This document shows, piece by piece, positions 13,012-24,762 of a DNA stretch of 64,000 bases; positions within the stretch are counted from its first letter, which is position 1; every line of letters starts with the position of its first letter. The position numbers and the translations under genes are program-made. The notes below the pieces were generated by a model, which saw only the letters and a list, made by a program, of their open reading frames with translations, did not search any database and had not been told where the DNA came from. Origin of the DNA: Trichosphaerium sp. ATCC 40318 (Eukaryota > Protista > Tubulinea); contig JALMLS010000005.1 of NCBI GenBank assembly GCA_038496445.1, forward strand, positions 62,001 to 126,000, read 5' to 3'.

Positions 13012-14373
13012 TTAGGTCTTAAAGGCCTTTTTCCATAGTTTTTTCTTCTTTTTCTTTTCTGGTTTTTCGTATGAACACATCTTCTTCCAGTACTCTCTTG
13101 CAAGGCATATCATAGTTTCTTCAGTGTTTATTCTAACTTTACCTGACGTTTCAAAGAATGGTAAACCATACTTGTCTGCTAACTCTAGAGTGCTCATTTA
13201 GTCACAATTTTCCTGTTTTATAATTTTATTTGTAGCTACCTTGTCCTTCTGAGTACTCAACCTCCCTCTGGTCTTCAAGATCACACTTGTTTCCTACTAA
13301 CACAGCGGGTATCTAAATATTTAATGTAAATAAGGTAGGACTTCATTGTCAACTGAAGTACATAATCAAAGTTGTCTGCACTCTTTTGTTTCAAAATAAG
13401 TTGCAAGAAATCCTTATCGCAGTCAATAAAGGATTTCTTTGATGTGATAGAATATCCAATAACAAAGCAAGGTACTGTACGAATATATTCAAACCACCAC
13501 GTATTATGTGCATACTAATAAAGTCTTAAATAAAAATTGTCATTTCCAAAAAAAAGTTACCTCTCCTGCAGGTGGTTCCAAAATATCAAACAAAACTAAA
13601 TTATCATCAATCTCCATCTGCCTTCTTCAACAGAAACAAAACAGTGTCAAATCACTTGCACAAAACAAAAGGTTCCTTGCATACCTATGTGACTAAACAA
13701 TTAATATTAAAAAAACCAAATACAAGTGGTGTGTATATTTTCTTGCAAAATGGAATGCCTTGAAGTTCGTGGCAGGTGACCGGTAATCCTTAGGATTTTA
13801 CCTGAGATTTTGGACATCTGCCACGAAACTTACGGATGTACGTACCTCTTCTGATATTGTTGGGTCGATCTCATGCTATTTTTAAATAAATGCCACGTGA
13901 TTAATTAACTAATAGATTTGTACATAAAAGTGTTGACGAATGAATTGGTTTATAAACGCGGATTTGTTCCCATTGCCTGAAAAAAACCCAAGTTACAATC
14001 GCGATATGGCTTTCTTGACACTGACATACCGTTACTTCCTAACAAACATACTCTGAAGCGAGACCTGTCGGGTTTCTTTATTACAAGTTTCTACACAGCA
14101 CAGTTAGAGTGTCAACGCGTGTACAACTCTGTTGAACGTTTATTAACTGCTGCACAAATGAAAACGCGTTATACAGTGTTATTACGCTTAAAGACGCACT
14201 TTTTGCTTTGCCACATAGTGTGTAAGCTCGTTGAGGTGCTTACTAACGAGCATAGTAGAACTGAGCCGGCTATTCGTACAATAGGACAAAACGTTGAAGA
14301 GCACTTCATTGGGCAACTGTAGAAGAGGAGAGGTTGGTAAACTGTAGCCTTTTCCTGTGTGCTTGTTTCCCAT
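13012..14373 (-). CDS. F-box plus atypical Ras-family small GTPase fusion
   Basis: F-box LLQLPNEVLFNVLSY. GTPase motifs VCLLGSNGNGNKS, PTISEE, FDILEPPAGE, VLVGNKCDLE and FFETSGK. Polybasic C-terminus without CaaX. One internal exon junction is unresolved. Confidence 0.8.
13763..13831. repeat. Intronic ~70-bp fold-back element (mini-MITE-like)
   Basis: AAGTT-CGTGGCAGGTGACC (13763-13781) versus the reverse complement of 13812-13831, AAGTTTCGTGGCAGATGTCC, about 17/20. Confidence 0.6.
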
Positions 14374-14556
14374 ACCAAAATCAAGCTTTAACGCTGGGGT
14401 ACGAGCTTCCTTTATTACTTAAACCGTTACTTTATTAATAAGTCCAAATGGGTATAGAAAATCGCCACTATTCAAGTAATTGATAAAAATACAGTTGTGC
14501 TTTTTCGCCTTGAGTTTGATTACTCTTCGCTGGTGTTTTGACTAGTTAAAGCTAAA

Positions 14557-17384
14557 TCATCGCATGGCATTATTAGTTATGCTAGAACTTGAAATTGACC
14601 TTCTGGGTTCATCATATGATTGTTGTATTGACCTGTTTTTGACATTAGTTTTGGCTATTTTTGAACAAATAAGCGTACTAGTTTTTTCTTCGGCTTCAGA
14701 CAGTGGCTTTGCTCCGTTAGGTACAGAAATATCGAGCTCTGGCTTAAATTGCTTGAATGTCGCTGCTAGAGAGCCTATGTCACCTCTCCACCAGTATGGA
14801 ATAGGCACGAGACATATTCCTTAAAATAACATCAGAATTTTAATCTCAGTTGTATTTTAAGGCGCTTACCACTTGATGCACAATACTGTGATTTGAGAGC
14901 ATCGCGCTTGGAAGTAGCAATAGCATTAACTGTGAAAGGAAGACAATCATAGTAATGTTGCTCACCTAGAAAAGTGATAGAGTAAGTGACAAAATCAGTT
15001 GGTAGTGATTAATACCTTGATACTCAACAGCTGTTTGAAGGTCTGGTATGAATATATCAACAGTGATAACGTCGCCTTGAGATACTGTAGCAATACATGC
15101 CTCTTCCTCAATAGCGTGATATGGAAAAATAAACTTGATACAAGCCAGCAAGTGCCTTGCTGTTGTTAATACAATCTAACGAGTTTTTACTTACCTTTGT
15201 ACTGCCTTTTTATTGGCTGTAACTAGTCTAGTGGATCTCCATTTTTGCCTTGGATATACAGCTGTTAGTGTATTCATGTAGTTATTGTATAACTGTAGTC
15301 CTAGTCCATTACCAAGTTGGTCTTTTCCAACACGGTACCTAAAAGTAACTTAACCCTTAACTTCAAGCAAAACCCAAACAATCGCTAATAAGAAACCTAT
15401 GTACCATTCCATTGGTGAACCAATACGTTGTGTTTCTTCAACTCCTTTCAAAAAAGAAATCCAAGTATTAACATCTTTTTTATGACCTCTTGGAGGAAAT
15501 CTACAAAAAAAGCAAACAAGTAAGCACTCATCGTTTTTTTATCTCAAACACAAAAACATCTCTTCCAAACCTGAACAAGTCCATACACCAATTGTGTTCT
15601 GGGTACACACTCATGATTGTCTTTGGGAAATTAAACTTGTACCTAGCAGTAAAACGTTAAATCTAAGCACCACGTGCATGCAAAGTATGGACAGTATTCT
15701 TACGATTCTAGAACATGTTTTCCACCATGTCTATCAATGTCACCTCCAGTGACATTATACCAATCGTTCAAGTGACTAATATTGAGGTTCTCTGCACCTA
15801 CAGTGTCGAAATACCACCTTTGATTACTTTTATCTTGCCAGAATCCATTGGGAGTTGTTCTTCAAGAAATGAGCACGCTCACTGCAATGAGGTTAATAGC
15901 GTACGTAAATAGCCAAGGCTTCCATAGAAACTCGTGATATATTGTCCTCAGCGCAGTAGAAACAGAATTAAGGTACCTGTTAGGAAGTTAGTTAGTGACA
16001 ATGATAACAAAGATTTGATGTACGTACTTGTTCATTAAGCTTTGACCTCCATGTAACTTTATGGTCTCAACATTAACTTTATACCATTCTGTCATTGTCT
16101 TCATGCCTGTTTCTTTTTCAATTCTACGTAAGGTGTCCTTCTGCCAAGCTAGAATATTACTGGCAGGTTTCCTAGTTTGTAACATGTTACTACTATTTCA
16201 GATGTCTTTGTCGTTCATGGCGAGACGTACTTGAATCCTTTTCTATTCCATGTTATGTTTGGATAGATAGCACTCAAGGCTTTATACATCGACATGTCAT
16301 AACTATTATACATGTCAGGGCACTAACGTCAAAAAACAATTCAAAAAAAAAGCCATAAAAACCACGGACTATGTTGTTATTGCAACACCACCAAGATTCC
16401 TTAGATCTCCTGTTGATACATTATACCAATCTCTATGTGTATTGAACTTGAGTTTTTTCTGCACATTATCAAAAAAAGCACGTTGGTTTTCCAACTTTGA
16501 CCAAAACCCAATCGGCCTCATTCTGGATAGTTGTGACATTAGCGAGAACGCTCTTTCATACTCTATAAAATAAAAGGATACTACGTACCCGAATTTATCA
16601 ACTCGCCAATCGAATTGAGGATATACGAAAGCTAGAGAGGCATTTACACCGCCATGCCTAGATTATTTTTATCAATTTTATTTTGAGCTTAAATCTCTTT
16701 GTCTTGCTGGTGTAGTGAAATGTAAATGACGTACGCACGCTTTATGTAATCAGCTGTTCCTGTAAAGTCACTAGTTGTAACATTGTACCAATCATCAAGT
16801 GTTTTAAAGTCGCACTGTTTAGCAACTTTGTCGTAAGCTGATTGTTGGCGTAACAGTGATCCTAGTAGTTCTGTGGTTCTGTTGGAGAAATATGAGTAAG
16901 TGTAAGCAGCGTATAATATTTGTACACGTTGTTTGCTTGTGGATTGCCATAAAACCGCCTCAACGCTTGTTTCATATTAAAATTACAACTATAGAGTGTC
17001 AGTTAATCGTTAATGACAAGTGCATTTTAAACCTTTGCATAATAGCGTAGGCATGTTTGTCTACGCGTTGAACCATCGCAGCTGTTATTCCACTCCAATC
17101 ACTGTACGTTTTAACTTTACAAGCTTCAACAACTATATTGTGCCAATAGTCACGTTGTTGGTCATGATTTAGCGTCGAGGCTTTATCCTCAGCTGCTTTT
17201 GTCTTTGCTTGATACAAATAATTATAAACAATGAACAGGCCATCTACGTACCCTCCAGCCTTTTTTTCGCAATATTACTGACATTAGTCCTAGGTACACT
17301 CGCCCAGGCCGGTTTCATAGCAAAGTTGCTTCAACCACAAAACCAGAGGGTGAATGTACTGCCGTACAGAATTAGCACTTGCAT
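14557..17384 (-). CDS. Tandem DWYxV...YPxxxW repeat protein with C-terminal PD-(D/E)xK/RAP-like nuclease-fold domain
   Basis: Repeats DDWYNV..VYPQFDW, RDWYNV..IYPNITW, TEWYKV, VYPEHNW and VYPRQKW. C-terminal VDIFIPDLQTAVEYQGINHY...LVPIPYWW. Start at 17384 or 17318. Confidence 0.75.
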
Positions 17385-17510
17385 ACGGTGTAATTAAAAC
17401 AACAGCAAATGTCAAGCTTAAGTCTCAGTACTTTGCCATTTTATTTGAAAAACAATATAAACAACATTTTTGTTACTCCCAAACGCTCTCACAGCTGCTC
17501 CAATAGCGAA

Positions 17511-18847
17511 ATGTCCAATTATCAAGAAATAAAAAAGGCGAAAAAGAATGCTGAAATACCGTTTGACGTTGAGCAATGGATACAGTCTATATCAGGCTTT
17601 ACGTTCGAAACTAAGATGATACCAATGCCTAGAGTACGAATAGACAAATTCTTCACGATAACCGTTAATAAACACTAAGGAATGGGGTATTGCTATTATA
17701 CAACATTATGACCACGTATTACTACACCACAAGGATAACGGCTATTCCCAAGAGACAGAAAAAATTCTAACAAGGCATTACCCTCAAAACTACATGAAAC
17801 AATACAACTAACACGTACTAGCATCGCTGACGCGATAGATGAGGTGATAAAATCATTTGGCTCTGCTGTTTTTGTTCGCCTTTCAACAAGGTAGAGTTTG
17901 TGTCACGTGCTCAAAGTTAACTTAATTAATAGAAGCCCTAAAGACGCTGTCTTAGTTGGAGAAGGCGATGTTGTCAAACGTACAGCTGCTGAAATGAAGA
18001 GTAAAGGAGAAAACCTTGATTTGAATACCAAATTAATGTGTTTGTCGTTTGGTATGCAAGAAGCTCTTAAAGTACATTCTGGCAAGGAGGCTATGGCACT
18101 GATAACGAATTCCGAACGTGTTGCCATTGACTTAAAGCAGTCGAGGGACTACAGCGATAAATGGGAGATGAACATAATCGTAAGAAAATGGGTTGACATT
18201 CCACATGGTATGTTTTACTTGTTGCACAAAAAAAAAGGCGAACAGCTCCAACAGCTTTTTTAACCTTACTTTTATGCGGTGCACACATTTTCTTCGAATC
18301 AAAATCTGGGTTCAAATCGCTGTGCAGTGCCCATATTTTTCTTGAACTTTCCAATTATTTTGGCTGATTTTTCTTCCAAGGCCGAGAATTTAGAGGGTTT
18401 GTTCATAAAGGTCAATTCAATGCATTGAGTGCATATGATAATATTATATGTTATCCATATATTGTAAAGAACAAAGAAGCTATTGCAAAGAAGACAAGAG
18501 ATTTATGGGAACAGTTTAAGGATTCAGTACCTATGGATTCTTATGTTGTTGACTTTGCTATACTATCTGATGAAACATGTGTTGTTGTAGAACTCAACCC
18601 TTTTAATAACTATGAAGGTGCTGGAACAGGGGCATCTTTATTCCATTGGAAATATGACGAGAAAGTGTTACATGAAGGTCCTTTTGAGTTTAGAATTGTT
18701 GAGAAACCACGTGAAGATTTGGAAAGGCGTGTTTATCCTGATTGGATGGAGCTTATTGAAGCAGCTGAAAGATTAGTAGCAAAAGAGAAAGAGCAAGCAC
18801 TGAATCCACCAGTGGTCAACGAAGAAAAACGATGCAATGTAATGTAA
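17511..18847 (+). CDS. Cdc123/R2K-like ATP-grasp protein with C-terminal CaaX
   Basis: VFVRLSTR|SPKDA, IIVRKWVDIP..EFRGFV, YVVDFAI..VVELNPF..GTGASLFHW; ends KRCNVM*. Confidence 0.85.
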
Positions 18848-19039
18848 ATAATAACTGTTTTACATATTGTGATTTCGAAATGAGTTTTTAAGTTACCCTT
18901 CCCAGATAAGTCTGTGTTCTCATATTGGTTAAATCTACGCACAAAAAACACATATCAATACGGAACCAAAGTACAACTGTTGCTACTACGCTAGTGCCCA
19001 TCTAACGTAATAAAGTATTCCCAACCAACAGACTTCTTT

Positions 19040-19260
19040 TCATCTACTACAATCTTGTTAATGATGAATTACATGGATGCTACAAGTACGAAAACGATAA
19101 TGGACAATTGCATAAGGAGTATAGTTGTTTGGACAGTAAAAAAGAAGGAAAGTGTATTAAGTGGAGACATACTGGTAGTATTTGGAAGGAATGTATATGT
19201 AAATGATAGAAAAGACGTACTTCAATGTACAATTAACAGTGTAGTGTAATTAATTGGAGT
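19040..19260 (+). pseudogene. Degenerate MORN-variant/YwqK-like repeat fragment
   Basis: YYNLVNDELHGCYKYENDNGQLHKEYSCLDSKKEGKCIKWRHTGSIWKEC, then a frameshift/stop. No clear start. Confidence 0.55.
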
Positions 19261-19512
19261 TTCATGGAGAGGATGAAAAAAGACAGGTCAATTGGAGAAG
19301 CACTGACTTATGTCATTGCAGAAAGTTGAATTCTGTAAGTCTTCTGTTTTTCGGTTGTGCGTCAAAAAAATCGTCCACCTAAATCAGATAACTTCTTGGT
19401 TTTGCGAACGTTGTTCGACTATATTCAATTATCGTTCCTAAGCTGGTTTGAGCCTTTAAACTTAACTTGATCTATTGTCAAACCGGGAAAACACGTGTTG
19501 TCTGCTAATAAC

Positions 19513-21321
19513 ATGTTTACCCAATCTACAGACAGTGTGTCTAATCTCACTGAACTGGTGGCTAGAAAAGAGGGTATTCCACTGTTATCCAGCGGTTCAG
19601 TAGTAGAGTTGGATTTCGCGGGCGTTGAGGACGAAAAACACGCGTCAGACGAAAAATACGAGAAATGGGCTTCAAGACGCATATTAATTCTTATTCTTAT
19701 TGCCACACCTGCTCTCCTATCGCCTATGGGTGCGTAAAACGTATTTTTATTTAATGTCGCCATTGACGAGCGTAATAGCGACAACCATGTACTTACCTTC
19801 ATTAAATGACGTAAGGGATGGCTTCGAAACATCGGATGAGATGGTTGCTCTCACTATATCTGTGTATACCATTATATTCGGTGTTATGCCACTATTATGG
19901 GGTCCTCTATCTGATAAATATGGACGGAAACGTTTTTTCCTTATAGGGCTAGTTTGTAGTGCTATTTCATCACTTTTTTGTGGGTGCGTCTTAGTTTTTT
20001 TGGATACTAAGTTTCGACTCTTAACCTTGTGTTGTCTGTAGTTTTGCACAAAATATTGAATGGTTAATTGTTGGTCGTGCATCACAAGCGATTGGATTCA
20101 GTGTAAACGCAGTGGTTGGATATGGTACAATATCTGATGTATATCCTCCTAAAAACAGAGCAACTGCGGTGGTAACTTCTTTTTATTGTTATTCACATCC
20201 TTTCAGTTACTCACACCAATAGGGCATCTATGCTGTTACAACGTTGATAGGTCCTGTAATAGGTCCTTTGGCCGGCGGCTTTGTTTCACAATATATGGGT
20301 GGCTGGCGTACTATATTCTGGGCACGTGATTTTTTTCCAAATCGAGAATTGTCGTTTAATACCCATTCAGATCTTGACCGGATTGTCAGCTGTATTCTTT
20401 ACTACTTTATTTGTGTTTCTTCCAGAGACAAAAGAGAGCGGAAAGAAGAGAAGTTTGAACTTCTTCAAGATCATAAAGGTTAACCTTTCATTACTTTTTA
20501 AAGGTTGACGTACTATTAAGCTGTGGGGATATTGGCCGCTACTTATCACTGCGCTTATTAAAGGAACATCATTTGGTTGTATGTACTCGATAGTCTTTAC
20601 AATGCCAGTACGTGGTTTGGACTCATCAAGTTTCTTTTTCCCTCCCAGTTTTACTCAAAATTATTAAGCTTGAACTATCTGAACCTCCGTATAATCTTGA
20701 TGAAAGTAAGATAGGTTTATGCATGGTACCTTTTGGTAAGTCGCATTTACAGTGATCAAAAACTACCTGGGCTCACTTGACTCGTTCTTTTTTGTTGAAA
20801 TTTCGCTAGGATTAGGACTCATTTGTGGTACTTTGATTGGAGGGAAATGCGCTGATTGGGGCCTACAATACAGGGGCGCAGGCGGTAGACTTATATTCCC
20901 GGTTATTGGTACAAGTTATCTTTCAGCTTTTTGAATTCTCACGTGCACAATAGGTACTTGCCTGATAAATGTTGGTATTATAGGCTACGGATATTCACTA
21001 AGATATGAAAGCCTTTGGGGCGCATTAGTTAGCGTTACAATAGTAGGGTTCTTCATGACAGCAATACGCCCTGGTGGCATGACTTTTTTAATTGAGAGAA
21101 AACCAAAAGATCCGTCGTCTATCACTGGTGCTGTGGTTTGCGTTCAATTTGCTATAGCTTTTATATACTTACAATTAACTCCTGTTATTCTTGATGTTGT
21201 GACTATAGATTGGTTATATGTTTATGCTGCTGGTACCGTACTCATAGTGTACCCCTTTTTTATCCTTGTAATGTGTTTATTCTGGAACGAGAGAAACCGA
21301 GAGATGTCTCAGACAATATAA
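19513..21321 (+). CDS. Major facilitator superfamily transporter (DHA1-like drug:H+ antiporter)
   Basis: MYLPSL, motif A WGPLSDKYGRK, GTISDVYPPKNRATA, GPVIGPLAGGF..GWRTIFW; many TM segments. Confidence 0.92.
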
Positions 21322-23499
21322 TTTATGACTGGAAGAACAAGAAACCCAACAAGAGTTGTACCATAGTAATAGTAAAATCATTTTTCGGAGACATCAAGCG
21401 TTAGCAATTTTCATGAACTGTTACCAATGTGGCCACCTATAACTTTCACAAAGGTAATACTATAACTCCCTTTACGTAACGAAGTAATTTAGAAACTGTG
21501 TGAAATGTTAACGGTCAATAGTGACGCGTTATGCCGACAGAAAAAACCATGTTCAAAAATTATTGTTTCTGGTAGCTGGATGCGTGACAGGTCGCGTGCC
21601 TCTATCAATTGTTTTGGGTTTGATTATTATAATAATAACTACGTTCTCAACGTAGTTGTTTTTATACGTTCGTCAGAGGTACCAACGCGAATATGACGCT
21701 AATAGAAAGATTTTTTCACTTCGTTCTCAACTTTTAGATAAAACTGTAGAAAGATACATAAGACGGTATCATCTATCGAATAGTGGCGTCAAAGAAAGGT
21801 AGAAAATTAATGATGAACGGATCACTCACTAGCTTTCAAGGCATCTTTAGACAACAGCAACAAAGAAACATAAGAAAGTTCACAAAAAAGGGAGTACTAG
21901 CGCTATGTAGCGCACTAGTATGGCGCTTTTTTGTCGCTATTATTTTCGCTGTTTCGCATAAATATTATACGAGTTTGTGAGATAGAAATAAACACTCACA
22001 AACTAGCGAGAAAATAGGCAGAAACCACAAAAGATGAGATTGTTTACCACATTAGTTTTTTTTTCAAAAAAACCCAAAAAAAATTTAGCCTTGATACAGA
22101 AGAGTAAGAAAACTTTTGATGATTTCCTTGTTGTATTTTATAGGTTCTTGTAGTTTTTCCCTACTCCTAATTTCTCCTTTAGCTTTAAAAAGTAATCACA
22201 TTCTCAAAGAAGAAACAGAATTTTTTTTCTCCGACGGAAAAGCTAAAAAACAAACTTTTGAAGAAGAAATAATTATTTCATGCTCACGTGATAAATTATA
22301 ATAACGAAATACAATCTTTAAAAAGAAAGTTCGCGCAAACACGTCTATACTTTGGTCAGATGTTCGTGTTTGTGCGTAAAAGTATACGAAAGTAGTTGAT
22401 TTATTATTAATAAGTACAGTTTTGGGAAGGATTAGGGTAAGAGAAAGGTAACGGCAATACCATATTTAAACATTAATGTCCATTAAACGCTTGCAAGTAT
22501 CTTTGTTTTTTTTTTAATTGTTGTACGAAAATCTCCTTTAAAACTTCACTTTCCTACTGACCACTAGTATCAAAAGTAGTATAGTAGAACGGAAAAATGG
22601 GTTCTGTTGTTTTTTGCGCGGTAGTTTTTTTAATGCGTGAAGTACCTTTAATCCCAAAGCAGAACTACTACTATTTCATTTTCCCCTTTCATTTCATCCC
22701 TTTCTATTTAAGATCAATAACAGTCTATTCTCTGGCTCTTTGCAGACTTTTTATTTCAGATTCTAATGTCGGGTATCATTAGTGCTAGTAAAAATGTAAC
22801 GGCAATAGCGACGCAAGACTGCAAATGTAGCAAAAAGGCATGAGACTTTGTGAGCCTACTTCGCGAAGCATCGAACCCCAGTGGACTTGTGGATGACCTG
22901 ATATGTGTTCTAAAGGTCTAATAGAGGTCTGTGTCACACTATTGAAGAATTGAAGGTAATTCTCCTTTAGCAAGGAACGTATCAGTTTTTTTCCGGTCAA
23001 ACTACCCGAGTCTTTTTGGTCTCAGCGTAAATTTCTCTGTTACGTTGTAATTTCCACAAGTCAAATTTGCTATACGTGTGGAAGTAGGCAATACGGTTAA
23101 CGACCGAAATCAAGTGTGGTGTTGAACGAACTGCTTATTTTTTAAAACTTGGACGGTAGTGTTAATAAAGTACAACGCAACCAAAAGGGTGCTTGAACAT
23201 TATAAGTCACTTTTCTTTTTGTAATGTTTTCGTACTTACTGAAAAAACAGTTTTTGCCGTATAACCCATTCTTCGTGCAGTTCAGCCTTCCCTTTTGGCA
23301 CTGTGTATGGTAAGTATTAAACTTTATTTTATAAGGCTGTATAAACTATGAATAGCCACAATAGGTTAGTGCTTCGCTAGTGTACATAATAATTGCCCAC
23401 ATTTTAAACTGATTTTTTTTCTGGTTGATCATTTTTCTTTTGTGTCACTTAGGTTCAACACTTTTAAACAAAAGCTTTGTCGACGACAGAGAGCAGGCA

Positions 23500-24509
23500 A
23501 TGGATTGTAGAGATACTTGCGTATACTATATCAACGGTATGGATATTCATCACGACTCATGGCCGCCACAGACAGGTCCAATGACTTGTAAAACAATACA
23601 AAAACTTTGTAAATCGGATGAAAGATTAAACCAAACCATAACGCGAAGCGTTAATACAAGGTACATGACTTTAACGTTAGTATTATTTCCCCCATTTCTA
23701 TGCCTCGAGCAAACATATAACCGACTCGTACGCAGTACACATGGTTAGTGCTTCTCGGAGAAAAAAAAGTTTTGGCACGTGATTTTATTTGTTTTTTTCG
23801 GGTTTTCTATAGCTGGACACTACGTAAGCCCCTTTTTTTGGGTGTTTTGGAGGGCGTGTATTCAAGCTAAAGGAATGTGTCACAAACACGAAAAAAAAAC
23901 TCTCTAGTATCAAAAAGCCAGAACTCTTTATGTCTTTTTTTTTTCACTGTGTAAAAGTATCACGTGATATTTCTCGATTTGATAATAATATTTTTTTATT
24001 ACAGATGCGCACAAACAAATCATCCGAAATGGTTACCCCGAACGCTTCGGTTACCATGGAGAGGAGTAGAGGCTGATCACAGGCAGTACCCGCAGTATTC
24101 AGACGGTCAGCCGGTGGTTAACAAAAAAAGATTGGTTAGTGAAGTACCCACACAACGAGTCACCAGAGTAAAGAAAAGGCGTAGAAGAAACAAAAAGAAA
24201 ATTCCAGGTGGACGCCTTTTACGCACAAAACTGCCCCTAGCTATACTCACGCCGCATTCGGAGGTTAAGACAGAGCTCGCGGAAGTAGTATTAGCTGCTC
24301 CGAAGAGAATTCTGTCTAACCTCACCTGTCACACAAAACCATATCAACAACAGAGAAACTGCGCTGAAGATTCAACTGTCAATTTTGTTCAAAGAAAGCC
24401 CTCAAGCAAACACCATTTAACTTTTTTATGTCAACAAGACTGCCAGACAAACCCACACAATGTAGGCCAGTCAATTTTAACGCATAACACTCCACATACG
24501 TGGTTTTAA
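23500..24509 (+). CDS. Hypothetical, probably nuclear protein with a basic cluster; 5'-UTR introns
   Basis: Open frames 23500-23660 and 24005-24509 are linked by small exons with GT/GC-AG boundaries. Contains KKRRRRNKKK. Exact splicing is unresolved. Confidence 0.4.
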
Positions 24510-24762
24510 GAAAAAAGAAACAGCTGTTGTAAATAATTGTAAAATAGCAATTTTTTTCACAATATTATAATAAATGTACTTTAAGATTGATCAATCAACG
24601 TCTCTAGTTCGCGGGATTTTTCGTGTTTTTCGGCAAAGCAATCTGCGAAATTTAAATAGAGTTCAAATGTTTGTCGAAATGGCGTATTATTAAAGTAGTT
24701 TATTGTATAATTGTTCTTTTCTGATTTTTTCTCTTTTTTTTTTTTTCGTGTTTTTTGGTGTT

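Noticed and set aside
18290-18335. GGTTCAAATC as a tRNA T-loop/B-box
   Set aside because: No cloverleaf or acceptor stem is visible, and it lies inside an intron.
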